Source: Psammoneis japonica
Lineage: Eukaryota
NCBI GenBank assembly: GCA_008632985.1
Contig: QPGO01000053.1
Coordinates: 1 to 64,000, forward strand
DNA: 64,000 nucleotides
Direction: 5' to 3'
The position numbers and the translations under genes are program-made. Of the stretch, positions 60,192-64,000 are shown piece by piece. Every line of letters begins with the position of its first letter. Position 1 is the stretch's first letter. Below the pieces are notes generated by a model, which saw nothing but the letters and a program-made list of their open reading frames with translations, made no database searches and was not told where the DNA came from.

Positions 60192-61624
60192 TCAAACTCG
60201 AACTTCGCGAAAAAGAAACCAACAACAAGGAATAGATACCGGTACGTGAGAAAAGTTCAGCAGAACAACACAGAACGGCAAGCATGAATTCATTTTCACT
60301 TACGGATTTGTAACTTGTCCTTGAATGCAATCGATACCCAATCCGGTTGGCTGGCACTCCACTGGAGGTTGTTGATTTCTGCCTGAGCATTGTACGCAAG
60401 AATGGGGTCCTCCACAGGTCGTTTTGGCATGGACGACAAATCCCATATAAGTGCCTGAGCATCGTCGGCAGCCGTACATATATGACACGAGGAATGAGGC
60501 GCCCACGCGGTGGCATTGACACAGCCGACGTGGCCACCCAACTCTGCTACTGGAAGACTCGGGACTCGAATATCCAATATTATTGTTCGACGAGAGTCCA
60601 CCATGAATGTTGCAAGATAGTTGGGATCTTGTTTGTTCCATTCTAACCGAAGCAAGGGATCAAGATTTGGACTTTCATAAATGATTGTGGAGTGTTCCAA
60701 GCTCCGCAAATCAAACATGCGAACCGATCCATCGGCTCCAACAGAAGCAAACACATCTTTACCGCGAGCAAACGCCAAATCAAATACTTCTCGATCGTGT
60801 GCAATCAGCTGAGTCCTAGCCGTTTGTGTTGTAACATCCCAAATAGTGCATGTTGTGTCAATAGAAGAAGTCCCCACTATATTCGGTTCCGACACATTCC
60901 AGTCAAATGAAGTGAGAGGTGCGCAATATTCACTCGTTTTGTTCTTTCATTGACAAATCAACGGGCATGGTCATTGCGACAGGAAGGAAATGACGTTAGA
61001 TGACAACAGATAATCTTCTCCATATATACAACTGAACTGGAGTGCAAAGAATATCATAAACTCACGTTGTTCAGAAGCGCCTCTTTCTTTGGAATCATGC
61101 TACCACGACCCGAACCGTCGTCTGTCAAGTTCCATATCCGCAAGTAGTCCCCCGTCGTGGCCAGCAAGTCTTTTGAACCTAGATTTCTTGAGTCGGGTGA
61201 CCATAATATTTTAGTGCATGGATAAGGATGGTCAAACTCACAGGCCTTGAAGAGCTGACTGTCGGGATTCCCGTCGCCTCCGCCGTGTTGCTTCTTCACA
61301 ATCTGAACCGAGTTGGAGTACTGTTCGACATAGGAACCAATCGCTAATCGAAATTGCGACGATGGGTCGATTCTTGAAGAAAACACAATAAATTGAGCAG
61401 AAGAAAGCGTATAAGCGTAACAAACAGATGAGTGAGACAAACGGTACTTTTCTGGGAAAACAGCGACCTCGGATATTTTCTGAACTTAATCGACAATTCA
61501 CTTACCGATTCGACCATGCGGTTGCAAACACCGTCCATGGGGCCTTGTACGTATATATTTCTTTCTTTTGTGTTCCAATGGCAGAACCATCGGGAGCTCC
61601 GCCAGCAGAACGGGGATCGGCCAT
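60192..61624 (-). CDS. DCAF7: WD40 protein of the DCAF7/WDR68/LWD/TTG1 family, 3 introns
   Basis: Motifs [52 protein letters not shown]. Confidence 0.92.
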
Positions 61625-62233
61625 GGTCTTCAATCCTGCAAGATGCGAAAGTGTTCGATTTTGTGTAGCTTCTACGTGATCCAATACCGTGGCACTTTCA
61701 TCGCAAACCGGCGAAGGCAGATTGTCATATGAATATTTATGACTGAATACTATATATCAGTATGACATTCTCGTACAATGAATCACCGTGCGATGCCACC
61801 CTCTGTCCGTCGTCCAATGTCAGTGCTTCTCATTGTTTCCCGCCAAAAATGGCCACATCATGTCCAAAGCTTACCCTCCTAGAGAAGTAGGTAGTTTTGG
61901 TTAGAAGAGTAGACCTACTACTAGGGAATCTAGAATATATGACTAGAAGTAGCTCAATAGCTACATTACACCGGGAACAGTTCCGAAGAAACGCACTCGC
62001 TGAGCACAGTTGAGAGAACCAACGAGAGACTACAGTTTCGTAAGGTATGTACCCGAAGTTTCTGTCTATAACGTGCTATAATGACCGATACCATATCACA
62101 CACTTCAATAAACTATTGAAGGCATAAGAGTCGTCTAAAAAACTCGTTTCGTTATTTCACCATGGTGACACTGAAGTATGCATCCGTGTAGAAAGTCATA
62201 CAACAATCATTTCGAGGTCCAGCATGACTACCT

Positions 62234-62998
62234 TTACCTCCTCTTAGGAGGACCTCCACGCGTGACACCACCCGATTTCTTCTGGGACCCTGCAGCGGTC
62301 TTGCTCTTTGTGGGAGCAGATGACTTCTTACCGGGTCGCGGGAGTTTGCATCCCAACTTTCGTTCCATTTTAGAAATAATCTGAGGGTTCGGAACAGCTT
62401 TGCCAGATTCATACTCGGCGATAACCTGGGGCTTTTCGTTAATGGCCGTGGCCAATTCTTTCTGTGTCATTTTCTTGGCTGTACGGGCTTGCATTAATGC
62501 TTTGGAAAGGGATTTGTCTACCTTTGCAATCTTTCCCACGTCATCCGCCTCTTCCAACTTTCTTGCAGACATGACGGTGGCCGTGTGGGCAGATGAGTTT
62601 GTGGCAGCTCCATACCTACAGAAAAATTCGAAATGAAACAGAAGGACGCGTTAGTCATTCCGTTTCGTCAGTGGTAGTCCCAACGGCACAGTAGGTATTT
62701 TGGTAGCTGGGAGATAAACGGGTTATCTGCCGACCATGCGGGTCGAAACAACGCCTCCAGTATTGTGCTTCTCGCCGTAATCCCCATGCCGACTTGATCA
62801 ATACAATAATACATCTGATGCGATCAAACAGCACAGACGGTGATGCACAACTTACTTTCGTTCAGTGCTTAGCTTCCCCGCCGCTTTGGCGGCCGTGATC
62901 TCTCGAGCCGTTTTTGGCGCAGACGTTCTTCCACCGGAAGCTCTTCCGACGTTCACCGTACCCCAGTCCTGACCCGTTTGAATGTTGGTATTCGGCAT
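62234..62998 (-). CDS. MBF1: Multiprotein bridging factor 1 (EDF1), one intron (~62616-62855)
   Basis: GQDWGTV N-terminus and TQKELATAINEKPQVIAEYESGKAVPN helix-turn-helix. Confidence 0.93.
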
Positions 62999-63560
62999 TG
63001 TTCAGAGCGTATCGTTCACAAGATTATGAGAGGCAGAGGTGCGATTGAACTCAAGAAGTATCGCTATGTCTCGTCATCGAAGAAGCTCGGAGAAGACGTG
63101 CGAGGTGCGAGGTTGGAGGCGAGACGACGAGCGAAGCACGAAGCACGGTAGTACGTGAAACGAAAGACGACCGACGGACCGACACTGAACACGAATTTTT
63201 TGTTTTTCGCTTTTCTCTGCGCGCTTTTTTAGTTTTTTTACTTTTCCCTCCGACGCAATACGCAATGCCACCCAGTATGCCACCATGATACTTCAGTCTA
63301 ATGCGATGCTCCAACAGTGATACTGACAAATTTCACTCGGCATGCAACGGATGTAACCCAACGACATGCTTTCAATGTGGCTTATCCAGGGAACAGAACG
63401 GTCGATAGTATGTGTTTCTGCCGGCTTGCAAATATATGTGTAAAGGAAGCCGTTGAGCATTCAGGTTTTTCTTGAATGCCGTTGAACTCAGACAAGGCTC
63501 TCAAAATGCCTCACAAGTTGACTTAGTCACACTTCGTTTCTCAGGCTTCTCTGCGGCAAC

Positions 63561-64000
63561 ATGTACTCTCCATCGCTGCGGCGTCGATCGCAGCGACTTG
63601 CTCAAAAGCGCATCGACTCCAACGCTGCTGATCTGCCGCTAAGAGTGATTGTCGAGAGTCCAAGCAATGCTCCAGAACGCGCTCCTCGCTTCTCTAGTGG
63701 TTTTCCGGGAACTCGTCAAGAGCTTCTCAAGTATGTGGAAGAAAATGCTCAAATACTAAGCTCTGCAACAGGCTGTGATGCGCTTCGTCGAGCAATGATG
63801 GACTGGTTTCCAATGTTGGGCAACGATGATGGCCTAGACTACACGTGCCCAATATGCTCTGGTACGTTTGACTTTAACATGCGTCTTTCAAGCATTTGCC
63901 ATTACCAATCGCCTACTCATTGGTGTTATCACGCTTTAGGCCGACTAGAAGACCCAGCTGGCTGCGGACACTGCTCCTTCCGATCTTGTCACAGTTGCCT
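63561..64000 (+). CDS. 5' part of a RING-finger-like protein (truncated by window end), intron 63862-63939
   Basis: Spliced read gives YTCPICSGRLEDPAGCGHCSFRSCHSC. Confidence 0.65.
   Translation, partial: MYSPSLRRRSQRLAQKRIDSNAADLPLRVIVESPSNAPERAPRFSSGFPGTRQELLKYVEENAQILSSATGCDALRRAMMDWFPMLGNDDGLDYTCPICSGTFDFNMRLSSICHYQSPTHWCYHALGRLEDPAGCGHCSFRSCHSC

Overview
Intron-containing eukaryotic genomic DNA, most likely from a diatom (CoDi-type Ty1/copia element, bipartite plastid-type presequences, diatom-style type II membrane proteins). About 25 ordinary host genes occupy ~12.3-46.3 kb and ~49.4-64 kb. Two transposon-derived domains (1-12.1 kb and ~46.4-49.2 kb) interrupt them. The most striking signal is a directional, TE-associated hypermutation that erases TpA (TpA->TpG or CpA, i.e. 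A>G in TpA on either strand), the reverse direction of fungal RIP. It appears as systematic Tyr->Cys/His changes at conserved copia motifs while CpG is still intact, and as near-total TpA plus CpG loss in older relics. It also shows as reciprocal TG/CA differences between paralogous copies inside the window and as a patch of the same damage in a neighbouring host gene. CTAG/TAG-rich low-complexity tracts sit in intergenic DNA and at the borders of these domains. Many single-base frameshifts in conserved genes are probably assembly indel errors. All counts are by eye; no database searches were run.
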